Source of the DNA: an uncultured virus (IMG/VR IMGVR_UViG_3300020407_000003)
Taxonomy: Duplodnaviria; Heunggongvirae; Uroviricota; Caudoviricetes
IMG/VR virus record: IMGVR_UViG_3300020407_000003
Location: 1-64,000 of that record
Strand: one strand, 5' to 3'
DNA: 64,000 nt
Shown: piece after piece, positions 39,978 through 48,437 of the stretch
Numbering within the stretch: the first letter of the stretch is position 1
Layout: each line of letters opens with the position of its first letter
The notes under the pieces: generated by a model
The model's database searches: none
The model's input: only the letters and a program-made list of their open reading frames with translations
What the model was told of the DNA's origin: nothing
Translations under genes and position numbers: made by a program

Positions 39978-40078
39978 GGTATCTACCTTATGTAATGGTT
40001 GCTACGTTAATTAATACAGCGTCTTGTAATTATACAAGACGTGTTATTCATATTTTATCAGACAGGAATATAAATAAA

Positions 40079-40645
40079 ATGGCCAAGTCCCCAAAGAACC
40101 AACGTAAAAATAAAGCACCAGCGAAGTCTACTGCAAAGAAAACGGACGCATGGGCTGAGTTAAGATCACTAAGTGGTGCAGCGTCAACTATGCTGGCAGC
40201 GGCTACTCAAGTATCTCAATTATTTAAAAATCCAGATGCGCTTCGTAAGGTACAGGATAAACAAAAGCTTAACGCGCTAGGTCGCGTTCTGCTCAACGAC
40301 CTTACTAACTTCAATACACGTCTTACTGCCATTCGCGATAGACATATTAACCGCGAAGCTCCAAAAGATGAGATGGAAGCAAACTTCATTGCAATTGATA
40401 TTGGTCAAGACTACCAACAGTGGATGGAGGATTATAACACCGTTGTACCTATTACCACGGCACAGATTTTAGAACTCACCGAAGGGCGTTCGGTAGAGGA
40501 AGTCGAAGAAAACGCTAATCAGGCTCGTGTTGAGATTGAGAAGCAGAAAAAACAACCACCGGTCAAACAACGTCGCTTAGGTGCTACAGCCACACCTAAG
40601 AAAACGTTAGACCTGATGGCAATGGCTAAAGGAGGTAGAAAGTAA
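40079..40645 (+). CDS. Hypothetical protein
   Basis: ATG 40079 after AGGA; the upstream extension in the ORF track overlaps an opposite-strand gene. Confidence 0.7.
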   Translation: MAKSPKNQRKNKAPAKSTAKKTDAWAELRSLSGAASTMLAAATQVSQLFKNPDALRKVQDKQKLNALGRVLLNDLTNFNTRLTAIRDRHINREAPKDEMEANFIAIDIGQDYQQWMEDYNTVVPITTAQILELTEGRSVEEVEENANQARVEIEKQKKQPPVKQRRLGATATPKKTLDLMAMAKGGRK

Positions 40646-42201
40646 TGAGTCATGACGAACAAGATCCTCGTAACGTAGATCACAATGAGCAACCAAGAAC
40701 ACGAGTAACTGACCACTACGACCAACATGAGTTAGGTCAGGCTGAAGAACCAGAAGAAACGATAAAGCCTACCTTTACACAAACAGGTGATTATAGTACG
40801 CCGTTAGATGAGTCTAAGAATACCGATGTTCCACTGGCTCTTCCCAGCGCCAACATGTCTAATATGTTTGATGTCTTATCTGACATGGCAAAGGTGTCTG
40901 TATCATCTGACTCAGCGCAGTTATGGAAAGATACGCTAGAGCTTAGTCTAGGTGAAGACATCATGCCTTACTCTAAAATGTTTGCTAAGCCTTTCTTTGA
41001 AGAGAGATTAGCATCTGAGGGCAGTGATTTTAGACAATACGTTGATAGCGACTCTGGGCGTTTGTCTGCTGTTAAGCCTAGGATTGGCAAAACAAACCCA
41101 GGCGGTACCATTAGTGGTGAAGCGGCTTTATTGAAAGTTAACGCTATGTTAACTATGGGTACGTCGGTTCAGATACCTTTGTGGCATTCTGGTATGTGGG
41201 TCAGTATCAAAGCTCCCTCAGAAGGCGCTCTAATTGAGTTAGACGAACGTATTGCTCTTGAGAAAGGAAAACTAGGTAGGAGTACACGCGGTACCGCTTT
41301 TAGCCACTCAGGCGTTTATATACGCGGTCACCTATTTAACTTTATTATCGATCACATCTACGATTGTAATGTTAAAGACTGGAATGAGCAAATGTTACGC
41401 GAGAATATCTTAGTAACAGACTACTCATTGTTAATATGGGGGCTAAGTTGTGCAGTCTTCCCTAAAGGTTATCCGTTTACTCGTGCCTGTATGTCGGACA
41501 TTAGCGAGTGTCAACACGTCATTAAAGAAACGTTAAACATTCCTAAGCTATTATGGACTGATAACAGTGTACTTAGTGAGAAACAACGTACTCATATGGC
41601 GCAGCGTAGTAGTAAGGTAACGCTAGAGCGTGTTAAGTGGTATCAGGAAGAGTTTACACATCCTAATGCAAAAGCACTTCGTATAAATGCAGCGGTAAGT
41701 ATGGATCTTCGTGTGCCTACTATGCTTGAGACTATCTCATCAGGTGTGCGTTGGGCAGAAGACATCGAACGCATGACTGAAGAAGGGTTAGGTAAAGACA
41801 TCAAATATGAGAAACGTGCTCGCTATATGCAAGAACAGAGTAAGTTGATCATGTTACGTCGTTACTCACATTGGGTAGGTCGTTTTGTGATAGGCGAGGG
41901 TGATGATGCTGCTGTTGTAGCAGGAAACGATCGTGAAACTATCGATAAGCTTTGTGAACAACTGTCTGCAGATACGGATACTATCAAGACATTCAGAAAC
42001 CACATGCAAACTTTCATTGACAACGCAGCCTTTAGCATTGTAGGTATTCCTACTTACACATGCCCATCGTGCGGTGGTGAACAGAAAGATGCGCACGGTC
42101 GTTCGCCTTATCTAATTCCACTTGAGATTGAACAGCTTTTTATTATCCTCGTAGCGTTCAAACGGAGCAAGAGGATAAACGAGCGCAGCGAGGTAGATTA
42201 A
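40645..42201 (+). CDS. T4 gp26-like baseplate hub/tail assembly chaperone (phiKZ gp77-like)
   Basis: IPLWHSG, Cys pairs RAC...C and CPSC, C-terminal LIPL...LF; GGAGG RBS. Confidence 0.6.
   Translation: MSHDEQDPRNVDHNEQPRTRVTDHYDQHELGQAEEPEETIKPTFTQTGDYSTPLDESKNTDVPLALPSANMSNMFDVLSDMAKVSVSSDSAQLWKDTLELSLGEDIMPYSKMFAKPFFEERLASEGSDFRQYVDSDSGRLSAVKPRIGKTNPGGTISGEAALLKVNAMLTMGTSVQIPLWHSGMWVSIKAPSEGALIELDERIALEKGKLGRSTRGTAFSHSGVYIRGHLFNFIIDHIYDCNVKDWNEQMLRENILVTDYSLLIWGLSCAVFPKGYPFTRACMSDISECQHVIKETLNIPKLLWTDNSVLSEKQRTHMAQRSSKVTLERVKWYQEEFTHPNAKALRINAAVSMDLRVPTMLETISSGVRWAEDIERMTEEGLGKDIKYEKRARYMQEQSKLIMLRRYSHWVGRFVIGEGDDAAVVAGNDRETIDKLCEQLSADTDTIKTFRNHMQTFIDNAAFSIVGIPTYTCPSCGGEQKDAHGRSPYLIPLEIEQLFIILVAFKRSKRINERSEVD
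42136..42178 (+). other. Putative -1 programmed frameshift site with 3' stimulatory hairpin
   Basis: CTT TTT A at 42136-42142; stem TTATCCTC (42143-42150)/GAGGATAA (42171-42178); -1 frame open 42132-42677. Confidence 0.6.
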
Positions 42202-42260
42202 TCTCTCCTCGTTTTGGGCTTGAGCGTGAACAAAACGCTGACTCCCCGTTAAACCAAGCA

Positions 42261-42677
42261 ATGATGACGTTACCTGCCTTAGATAGTATTGGGGCCCAGA
42301 TAGCGTTGACAGAGGCTTACGATCACACTTACGGTATCTTCAACTATGATGGCATCGATTATAATCCTTTAAGTATTGTAGCCATGCATCCGGTAGAGGA
42401 TACCCTTAAAGTGGGGTTGAAACCTTTCATGATTAAACGTTTTAGGATGTATGACATTCACAAACGTTATGGCTTGTCGTTAACGGAGCTTCTTGCCTTA
42501 CCTCGTGATACGGTTACTGATATATTTGATGATGCTGCTAAAGCCATTGCTGAAGAAGAAGAGCAGATGCAGGAGATTCAAAATGAAATGCGTGAAGCTA
42601 TTAACGAGCAGAAGGCAGCTAAGCGTAAAACCATGCGAGCTCAGAAACAAAAGAAAGTAAAGAAGGCTGGGAAGTAA
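42261..42677 (+). CDS. T4 gp51/GT-like chaperone extension, probably expressed as a -1 frameshift fusion from about 42141
   Basis: YGLSLTELLALP motif; no Shine-Dalgarno before ATG 42261; frame open for 43 codons upstream. Confidence 0.6.
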   Translation: MMTLPALDSIGAQIALTEAYDHTYGIFNYDGIDYNPLSIVAMHPVEDTLKVGLKPFMIKRFRMYDIHKRYGLSLTELLALPRDTVTDIFDDAAKAIAEEEEQMQEIQNEMREAINEQKAAKRKTMRAQKQKKVKKAGK

Positions 42678-42695
42678 TTCCTGGCCTTATGCCGT
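42663..42695 (+). terminator. Hairpin over the stop codon with TATGCCGT
   Basis: AAGGCTGGGAA-GTAA-TTCCTGGCCTT, then ATGCCGT. Confidence 0.65.
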
Positions 42696-42755
42696 TTCGT
42701 CTATAATTACGTCGTGGTGTAACTATATAGAGGTAAAAGGTGAGATAATAAAACA

Positions 42756-43208
42756 ATGATATTAGAATTTGTACATGCAGATTTATTTCAATTAGAAGCA
42801 GACACCATAGTCTGTCCTGTGAACTGTGACGGGACCATGGGGAATGGATTAGCGTTAGCGTTTAAATTCAAATACCCAGATGATCTGTTTAATCAATACC
42901 ACTATTTGTGTGGCGAGCGTAAACTCAACCCAGGTCATAGTTGGCTTTATCGTCATCCATATAAAAACGTATTGTGCTTTGCAACTAAAGACAGATGGCG
43001 TAATGACTCTAAGTTAGAATGGATATCTAGGGGACTTTATGCCTGCCTAGATAATCTCCCACGTTTAGGTGTGAGACATATCGGCTTTCCTTTATTAGGA
43101 TGTGGTAAGGGTAATTTAAATAAACATGATGTGATTGAGTTATTTAGAGAGGTCTTTGATCCTGATATAGTAGAAGGGGTCGATTTAAAAGTCACGGTAT
43201 GTTTATGA
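42756..43208 (+). CDS. Macro domain protein (Poa1p/DarG-like ADP-ribosylhydrolase)
   Basis: DLF...IVCPVNCDGTMGNGLA..FK, FATK..W, FPLLGCGKGNL. Confidence 0.85.
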   Translation: MILEFVHADLFQLEADTIVCPVNCDGTMGNGLALAFKFKYPDDLFNQYHYLCGERKLNPGHSWLYRHPYKNVLCFATKDRWRNDSKLEWISRGLYACLDNLPRLGVRHIGFPLLGCGKGNLNKHDVIELFREVFDPDIVEGVDLKVTVCL

Positions 43209-43236
43209 TCAATTAACAGAATATAAGGAGCACGCT

Positions 43237-44535
43237 GTGTCTATTTTAAACCCAGCTGTAGCGGCAAGGATGGTAGAGATCATCGAATTAGATACTATTA
43301 TGGTCTCTGTGGAACGCCTGACGTTAGACGTTGAGGGTTTCTTTAAAACCATTACCGATCACTTCGATCGATTAGTTCTATTAGATAGAACGGTTACTGC
43401 TTTAGAAGAAAACAATGAAACAACTGTATCGGCAGAACACTTAGAGTATTTTCGCTCACTAGGTATAACCGAAGAGACAGTGAGTGTTGAAAGTATACGT
43501 AATCAAGTTAAATCCCTTTGGAAAGGTATCGTTAAATACATTGTGGAGGGGATGAAGAAAGTAAAACTTTGGGCTAAGAAAATAGCACTGGCTATACCTA
43601 ACTTGCGTAAGTTAATCGAATCTGTCAGTAAACTAGACCGTGATCGCCGCTACAACGAAGTCGTGTCTTTACGTGATGAATTAAACTACCTAGGTGGTGA
43701 TACTATCACTCGTGATCAATTGTTAAAAGACTTTAACAATACCGTTGTCATTATGCGTGATTGTTTTGAAGTGGATTTCCCATCTGTACTTAGCAGCGTT
43801 GAGAATACCTCTAATATCCTTAAGAACATTCCCATTGTTTTCAATAAAGGCATTGGTGAGTACGGTGACGCGGGGTATAGTGAATTAAGAGACATGATTA
43901 AATCGCTATGGACTACGTGTCATATTGCACCTGACGTAGGTGAATCTAATCCACCTAATGGGATCTGGCACGAGTCGCTTAAAATACGCGGGATTACCAG
44001 CGATAGCCATTTAACTTTTTCCCCTAGAGCTGTTCCAGTAGTAGGAGGTCGTTATCCCTTAATGCGTTACCCACGTTTTAATAAGGAGCCAGCTCACGCC
44101 GCAATGTTGAAAAACCTCCCTACAGTGATCAACTACTCGCGTCTAGGTACAGCGCATCTGTCAAGTACGCATGTAGATGTCTATAGTAAGACAGCTAATA
44201 CTTCAGGTGACGCTGCGGAGATAGATGCGCTCACCGACGATCAAGTAATTGAGGTGTGTAGAAACTGCCTAGCGATATTGGACTCATTTGAAATCTACTA
44301 CGAGCAGTTTGATGAGATTGAGAAATGTAAAGAAGATCTCATTAGAACAGGTAATAAAGCGGTAGGTATCATTACTGATGAAGAAGATGAAACGCGTCAG
44401 TCTGTTTCTGAGTTCATTAGAAACGTAGTAAGATTTCAAGCCGTGAGATTAGACAAACCGTATGTATCACTTATAGGTCATGGTGTAAGATCCATGTATG
44501 CTCTAATGTCATACTGTCAAAAATCATTAGCCTAG
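43237..44535 (+). CDS. Putative virion head/inner-body family protein
   Basis: VSVE sites followed by an amphipathic VKSLWKGIVKYI helix, as in the paralogues at 50417 and 61420. Confidence 0.6.
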   Translation: MSILNPAVAARMVEIIELDTIMVSVERLTLDVEGFFKTITDHFDRLVLLDRTVTALEENNETTVSAEHLEYFRSLGITEETVSVESIRNQVKSLWKGIVKYIVEGMKKVKLWAKKIALAIPNLRKLIESVSKLDRDRRYNEVVSLRDELNYLGGDTITRDQLLKDFNNTVVIMRDCFEVDFPSVLSSVENTSNILKNIPIVFNKGIGEYGDAGYSELRDMIKSLWTTCHIAPDVGESNPPNGIWHESLKIRGITSDSHLTFSPRAVPVVGGRYPLMRYPRFNKEPAHAAMLKNLPTVINYSRLGTAHLSSTHVDVYSKTANTSGDAAEIDALTDDQVIEVCRNCLAILDSFEIYYEQFDEIEKCKEDLIRTGNKAVGIITDEEDETRQSVSEFIRNVVRFQAVRLDKPYVSLIGHGVRSMYALMSYCQKSLA

Positions 44536-44558
44536 TTTTAATCTACCGGAGTACTATT

Positions 44559-44789
44559 ATGGAAGCATTTCTATATCCTATTTTGTTTGCTATCAGTAAG
44601 AAACTTATCGCAGCAGCGTTAGTGTTGATCTTTTGGTTTACGTCTTTACGTATTGCAGATAAATTATTGGACATTAGGTTCAAAGAAGAGTGGGATTTGA
44701 TCGAAGATGATAAAGCAAAAGTGAGTTATTGGAATACGCGGATGATTGCGTTTGCCATTATGTTACTGGGATGCTTTGCCCTAGTATAG
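44559..44789 (+). CDS. Small membrane protein, holin-like
   Basis: 76 aa, two hydrophobic segments, directly upstream of a transglycosylase. Confidence 0.5.
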   Translation: MEAFLYPILFAISKKLIAAALVLIFWFTSLRIADKLLDIRFKEEWDLIEDDKAKVSYWNTRMIAFAIMLLGCFALV

Positions 44790-44798
44790 GAGGTCACC

Positions 44799-45530
44799 AT
44801 GCGTTATTTGACCATTATACTTGTTATCCTTCTATGGGGGTGTGGGGAATCTATCCCACCCCCTGATACAGATAAGACCGAGCCTTTACCTGTGGAGATA
44901 GTTGAAGAGGTGGAGGTTGTTGAGGTCGAAGAGCCTGTTGAAGAACCCGATCCTATTGCGGAAGAAAAGGATGAGATTAAAGAGAACACGTACCAAGTAG
45001 TAGATGCCAGCAAGTTAAAGGGTTTGCAATCTATTAAATACGATCTTTTCTTTAAATCAGCCATGAGCTGGCATATGCCTCAGATAGACTGGCGTTGGCT
45101 CAAAGCTCAATGTTGGCAGGAGAGTCGTTTTAATCCTAAAGCGGTTAGTCCGGTCGGGGCTGGCGGTGTGTGTCAGTTTATGCCAGGGACGTTTGATGGG
45201 GTTCCCGAATCTGTTAAACAAGGTAGGGATGTGTGGGATGCACGTACTAACATCGAAGCTGGTGCGTGGTATATGAATACCCGCTATAACTTCTGGACGT
45301 CACCCCGCCCTCAGTTAGACAGGATATGGTTAGCCCAGGCGTGTTATAATGCTGGTTGTGGTCATGTACTTAATGCACAAAAGGCATGTGGTAATCCAAG
45401 TGGTTACAATGACATTATCAAGTGCTTACCGCAAATAACCGGTAAGCACTCTAAAGAGACTATTAGTTATGTAATATTAATTGATGGTTTTAGAAAGGAA
45501 TTAGGGGTGCCTGACCCTATCAGTTATTAG
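44799..45530 (+). CDS. Lipoprotein lytic transglycosylase (SLT/MltF-like)
   Basis: Lipobox LLWG-C15; QES, AVSPVGAGGVCQFMPGT, YNAG, ET..YV. Confidence 0.85.
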   Translation: MRYLTIILVILLWGCGESIPPPDTDKTEPLPVEIVEEVEVVEVEEPVEEPDPIAEEKDEIKENTYQVVDASKLKGLQSIKYDLFFKSAMSWHMPQIDWRWLKAQCWQESRFNPKAVSPVGAGGVCQFMPGTFDGVPESVKQGRDVWDARTNIEAGAWYMNTRYNFWTSPRPQLDRIWLAQACYNAGCGHVLNAQKACGNPSGYNDIIKCLPQITGKHSKETISYVILIDGFRKELGVPDPISY

Positions 45531-45556
45531 GAGGCTTCGGCCTCCTTTTATGCCGT
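45528..45556 (+). terminator. Terminator with TATGCCGT
   Basis: AGGAGGC-TTCG-GCCTCCT-TTTATGCCGT. Confidence 0.85.
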
Positions 45557-45617
45557 CAGAGAAAACATTATCTCTTAATTACATAGACAGTGATAAGTGA
45601 TTACAAAGTAGAATAAC

Positions 45618-46133
45618 ATGATTAAAGATACTATCAACGCATTCATACAAGACTATAAACAGCTGATGGATGTGCAAGATAAGACGCTTAGGCATTCTAA
45701 GCGTCTAGTAGAAGCTATTAGCAGACACCCGGTGGAAATACAAAGTACATTGGAACTTATCAATTCAGGGGATTGTGGATTAGCGGCGCTAGCTATAGGC
45801 ATACGTCTAAAGCGTGCAGGTTACAATATATCGTTCTTTGAAAACTCACAACACGCCTATTTTGGCGTAGATGGTTATTACTACGACACGCTTATACCAG
45901 AAGGAACTGATGACCATAAAAAGATGTATGGCTACACCGTAGATAAGCCCGTTAAAGAACAAACCGTTAAGCAAATGCATATGTCCTTTATGCCATACGA
46001 CAGCTTAGGTGAGGGTATTGCTAATTACTTTTTAGTTAAACATACACAGATGCGCTATCCGTATAAGAGTCTAGATGCTAGCGTGCAAACACGTGTTATA
46101 GATGGGCGCATTAAAGAGTACCCTGTAGTCTGA
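45618..46133 (+). CDS. Hypothetical protein, possible papain-like Cys-His-Asp fold
   Basis: GDCGLAA...HAY...YYD. Confidence 0.5.
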   Translation: MIKDTINAFIQDYKQLMDVQDKTLRHSKRLVEAISRHPVEIQSTLELINSGDCGLAALAIGIRLKRAGYNISFFENSQHAYFGVDGYYYDTLIPEGTDDHKKMYGYTVDKPVKEQTVKQMHMSFMPYDSLGEGIANYFLVKHTQMRYPYKSLDASVQTRVIDGRIKEYPVV

Positions 46134-46236
46134 TAGTATGATTGAGTTTAAACCAACCAAGTCGTGTACGAATAAATGACTTATTGTCTATTCTATGCAC
46201 AACTTCATCCATCCCATCTAACAAGGTGAAAGAAAT

Positions 46237-47001
46237 ATGACTGACCAAAAAACTAAGCGCCAATCATCACGCCGTGGCGCTGCTAAGAAGACAACGGCAG
46301 CTCCTGCTCCATCTAAAGCAGAACAAGAAAAGGTAGAGGCTGCTAAAGAAGCAGAAGCAAAACAACAGCAAGCTGACGACAAGCCAGTCGATCCGGCGGT
46401 AGTTGAAGGTTCTACGGAAGTTCAAGGTGCGCAGACACCAGAGGCCGGTGAGGGTGAAGAATCTGACGGCGCTGATAAAGGCGAGACTCAACCTGAAGCA
46501 TCTCAGGATGACCAAGCTAAAGATCAACAGTCTGAAGACAAAGCTGAAGACAAAGCTAGATTTACCATGCCTGAAGGTCTGTCAGCGCAAGCAGAAGGCG
46601 CTGTGGCGACTGTTGCTACCTATGCTGAGAAAATGGCTAAGGGTCGACCAATGTCGGCACTAGAAGGCTCTCAGCAGCAATTGCTTCTATACCGTGCTAT
46701 CCAGCGCATCTTAACCTTGGACGGTAAAGAACTATACGCCAGCCTTAACAGCGTACTTGCTATCATCAACGAAAACCGTGATAGCGCGTTCCACGAAAAA
46801 CGTTTATATCGCTTCATTGACCAAGTTAAACTTTCTGGTCAAGATCGTAAGTGTTTTGAGCGTCTACTTAACCTTTTCATCACGGTATGCGACCCAGCCA
46901 CCCGTGAACAAGCGCTTAAGCAGACTGACCTTGAACTGGTTGCCTCTACACTTCGTAACGGCGAAAAAGAGCAGAAGTTGATTGCTTTCTTTGGGAAGTA
47001 A
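46237..47001 (+). CDS. Conserved hypothetical protein with acidic disordered N-terminus
   Basis: AAGG RBS, high-expression codon bias, helical C-terminal domain. Confidence 0.75.
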   Translation: MTDQKTKRQSSRRGAAKKTTAAPAPSKAEQEKVEAAKEAEAKQQQADDKPVDPAVVEGSTEVQGAQTPEAGEGEESDGADKGETQPEASQDDQAKDQQSEDKAEDKARFTMPEGLSAQAEGAVATVATYAEKMAKGRPMSALEGSQQQLLLYRAIQRILTLDGKELYASLNSVLAIINENRDSAFHEKRLYRFIDQVKLSGQDRKCFERLLNLFITVCDPATREQALKQTDLELVASTLRNGEKEQKLIAFFGK

Positions 47002-47028
47002 TTAACCTTTGCGCACATGCGCCCCACT

Positions 47029-47070
47029 CCACGACCAGTCCCTCCAGGCTGGTCGTGGTTTTATGCCGTC
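47029..47070 (+). terminator. Terminator with TATGCCGT
   Basis: CCACGACCAG/CTGGTCGTGG stem, then TTTTATGCCGT. Confidence 0.85.
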
Positions 47071-47093
47071 TAGATGATAGTAAAAGTTTATAG

Positions 47094-47104
47094 ACCTATA
47101 TTAC
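47094..47104 (+). promoter_or_regulatory. Early promoter motif ACCTATATTAC
   Basis: Exact motif after a terminator and upstream of an accessory cassette; 5' hairpin ACTCAAT/ATTGAGT follows. Confidence 0.75.
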
Positions 47105-47164
47105 TATTGTGACTCAATGCCCTTATTGAGTAGCGCTAAATAACTAATATAAGAGAATTAACTA

Positions 47165-47542
47165 ATGAAAAACAAACTAGACGTTTTAAATCAATACCAC
47201 AATAACTACTGGGTTAAATATAAAATTGGCCAGGCGTTAATTGATGCTGGTGAAGTCCATTCCATGGTACATACACGTCTTGAAGGTTTACGCTCTATTT
47301 TCCAAAGTATAGGTCACCCATACGCTACCCTAGCCGTTGCTTTCTTTGACCGCTATACTTGTATCCTTAAACGTGGGTTAATCGAGTTAGGTAATCAGCC
47401 TGGCGCTGTCACTGAACGCGCGGGTTATATGTCTGATATCGAACAGCAGTTAATTGATCGCATTGTCCAAGCGGTGGATGAGGGGATTGGCGAGCAACAA
47501 GCATGTGAATCTATTATCCATGCATTATCTTTTAATCAATAA
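47165..47542 (+). CDS. Hypothetical early protein
   Basis: 125 aa, downstream of early promoter. Confidence 0.7.
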   Translation: MKNKLDVLNQYHNNYWVKYKIGQALIDAGEVHSMVHTRLEGLRSIFQSIGHPYATLAVAFFDRYTCILKRGLIELGNQPGAVTERAGYMSDIEQQLIDRIVQAVDEGIGEQQACESIIHALSFNQ

Positions 47543-47557
47543 ATCGAAGGACTGTTA

Positions 47558-48046
47558 ATGGATAACCACATAGTTGACATTACGGGAAAAAACCATAACC
47601 CCGATGAGGTAAGTAACGTCGGTAGAAAGAAAGAGCTGGCAATGGACCTAGGATCACTTCACGATAACCTAGCCAGTCCGGTTCCGTTCTTTATCCATTG
47701 CGTCTATGAAAGATCCATCGATAAGAAAACTACCAAGCCCTTTAAGCTTTCAGCTTTAGACTGTCTGGATATAGCAGCTTTAATGAAAGACAAAACCGAT
47801 CTCACTGATAAAGAGTTGTTATCATTTGTAAAAGGTGTAATAGGGCTTTATAATTCTGACTTTACGTCCCTGATGCTAACAATAGGCTATGGGTGGGTTG
47901 AAGGTAGAGAACTCGTTATTGATACCTTCAATAGCTATTATGAGATAACAGGTGCTGATCTTATACCTAATACCGGAGAAACCCTGGTTTTTGGTAGTTG
48001 GGATATACCTGATGATGCTATTACGGTAATCATCCCACTAGACTAA
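47558..48046 (+). CDS. Hypothetical protein
   Basis: AAGGA RBS, 162 aa. Confidence 0.7.
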   Translation: MDNHIVDITGKNHNPDEVSNVGRKKELAMDLGSLHDNLASPVPFFIHCVYERSIDKKTTKPFKLSALDCLDIAALMKDKTDLTDKELLSFVKGVIGLYNSDFTSLMLTIGYGWVEGRELVIDTFNSYYEITGADLIPNTGETLVFGSWDIPDDAITVIIPLD

Positions 48047-48090
48047 TAACCTTTTTGTAACCATGTGTATATATTTGAGGAATCTATAAT

Positions 48091-48372
48091 ATGCCATCAG
48101 CAAAAGAAGTAGTAGAACGCGCTAAGCGTTGGAGAAATGCCACTGTCGTCTTTGATGACGATAATTTTAGCGTGGTAGAAGGTGAGTATCGTCACGATGA
48201 CGGTAACTGGTCTAAGACAATGGGCGTGCGGTGGAACGGCGAGGCCGATGGTCCTGGATATCCAAAGTTATTTGGAAACGGTGTATTCATGGTTGTCCCC
48301 GATTGGATGGCACCTGCCATTAAAGAAGCTTGTGTTGAATACATCTTCACTAGTGTAAAAGATACAAATTAA
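48091..48372 (+). CDS. Hypothetical protein
   Basis: GAGG RBS, 93 aa, RWNG...GYP motif. Confidence 0.75.
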   Translation: MPSAKEVVERAKRWRNATVVFDDDNFSVVEGEYRHDDGNWSKTMGVRWNGEADGPGYPKLFGNGVFMVVPDWMAPAIKEACVEYIFTSVKDTN

Positions 48373-48377
48373 AGTAA

Positions 48378-48437
48378 CGCATAAAAACCCTACCTCTACC
48401 CGCGATAGGTAGAGGTAGGCTATGCCCTTTCTTTTTT
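48378..48437. terminator. Bidirectional terminator flanked by inverted TATGC motifs
   Basis: CGCATAAAAA, then CCTACCTCTACC/GGTAGAGGTAGG stem, then CTATGCCCTTTCTTTTT. Confidence 0.85.

Noticed and set aside
39830..40078. N-terminal extension of the ORF ending at 40645
   Set aside because: Overlaps the opposite-strand gene 39120-39977; the better start is ATG 40079.
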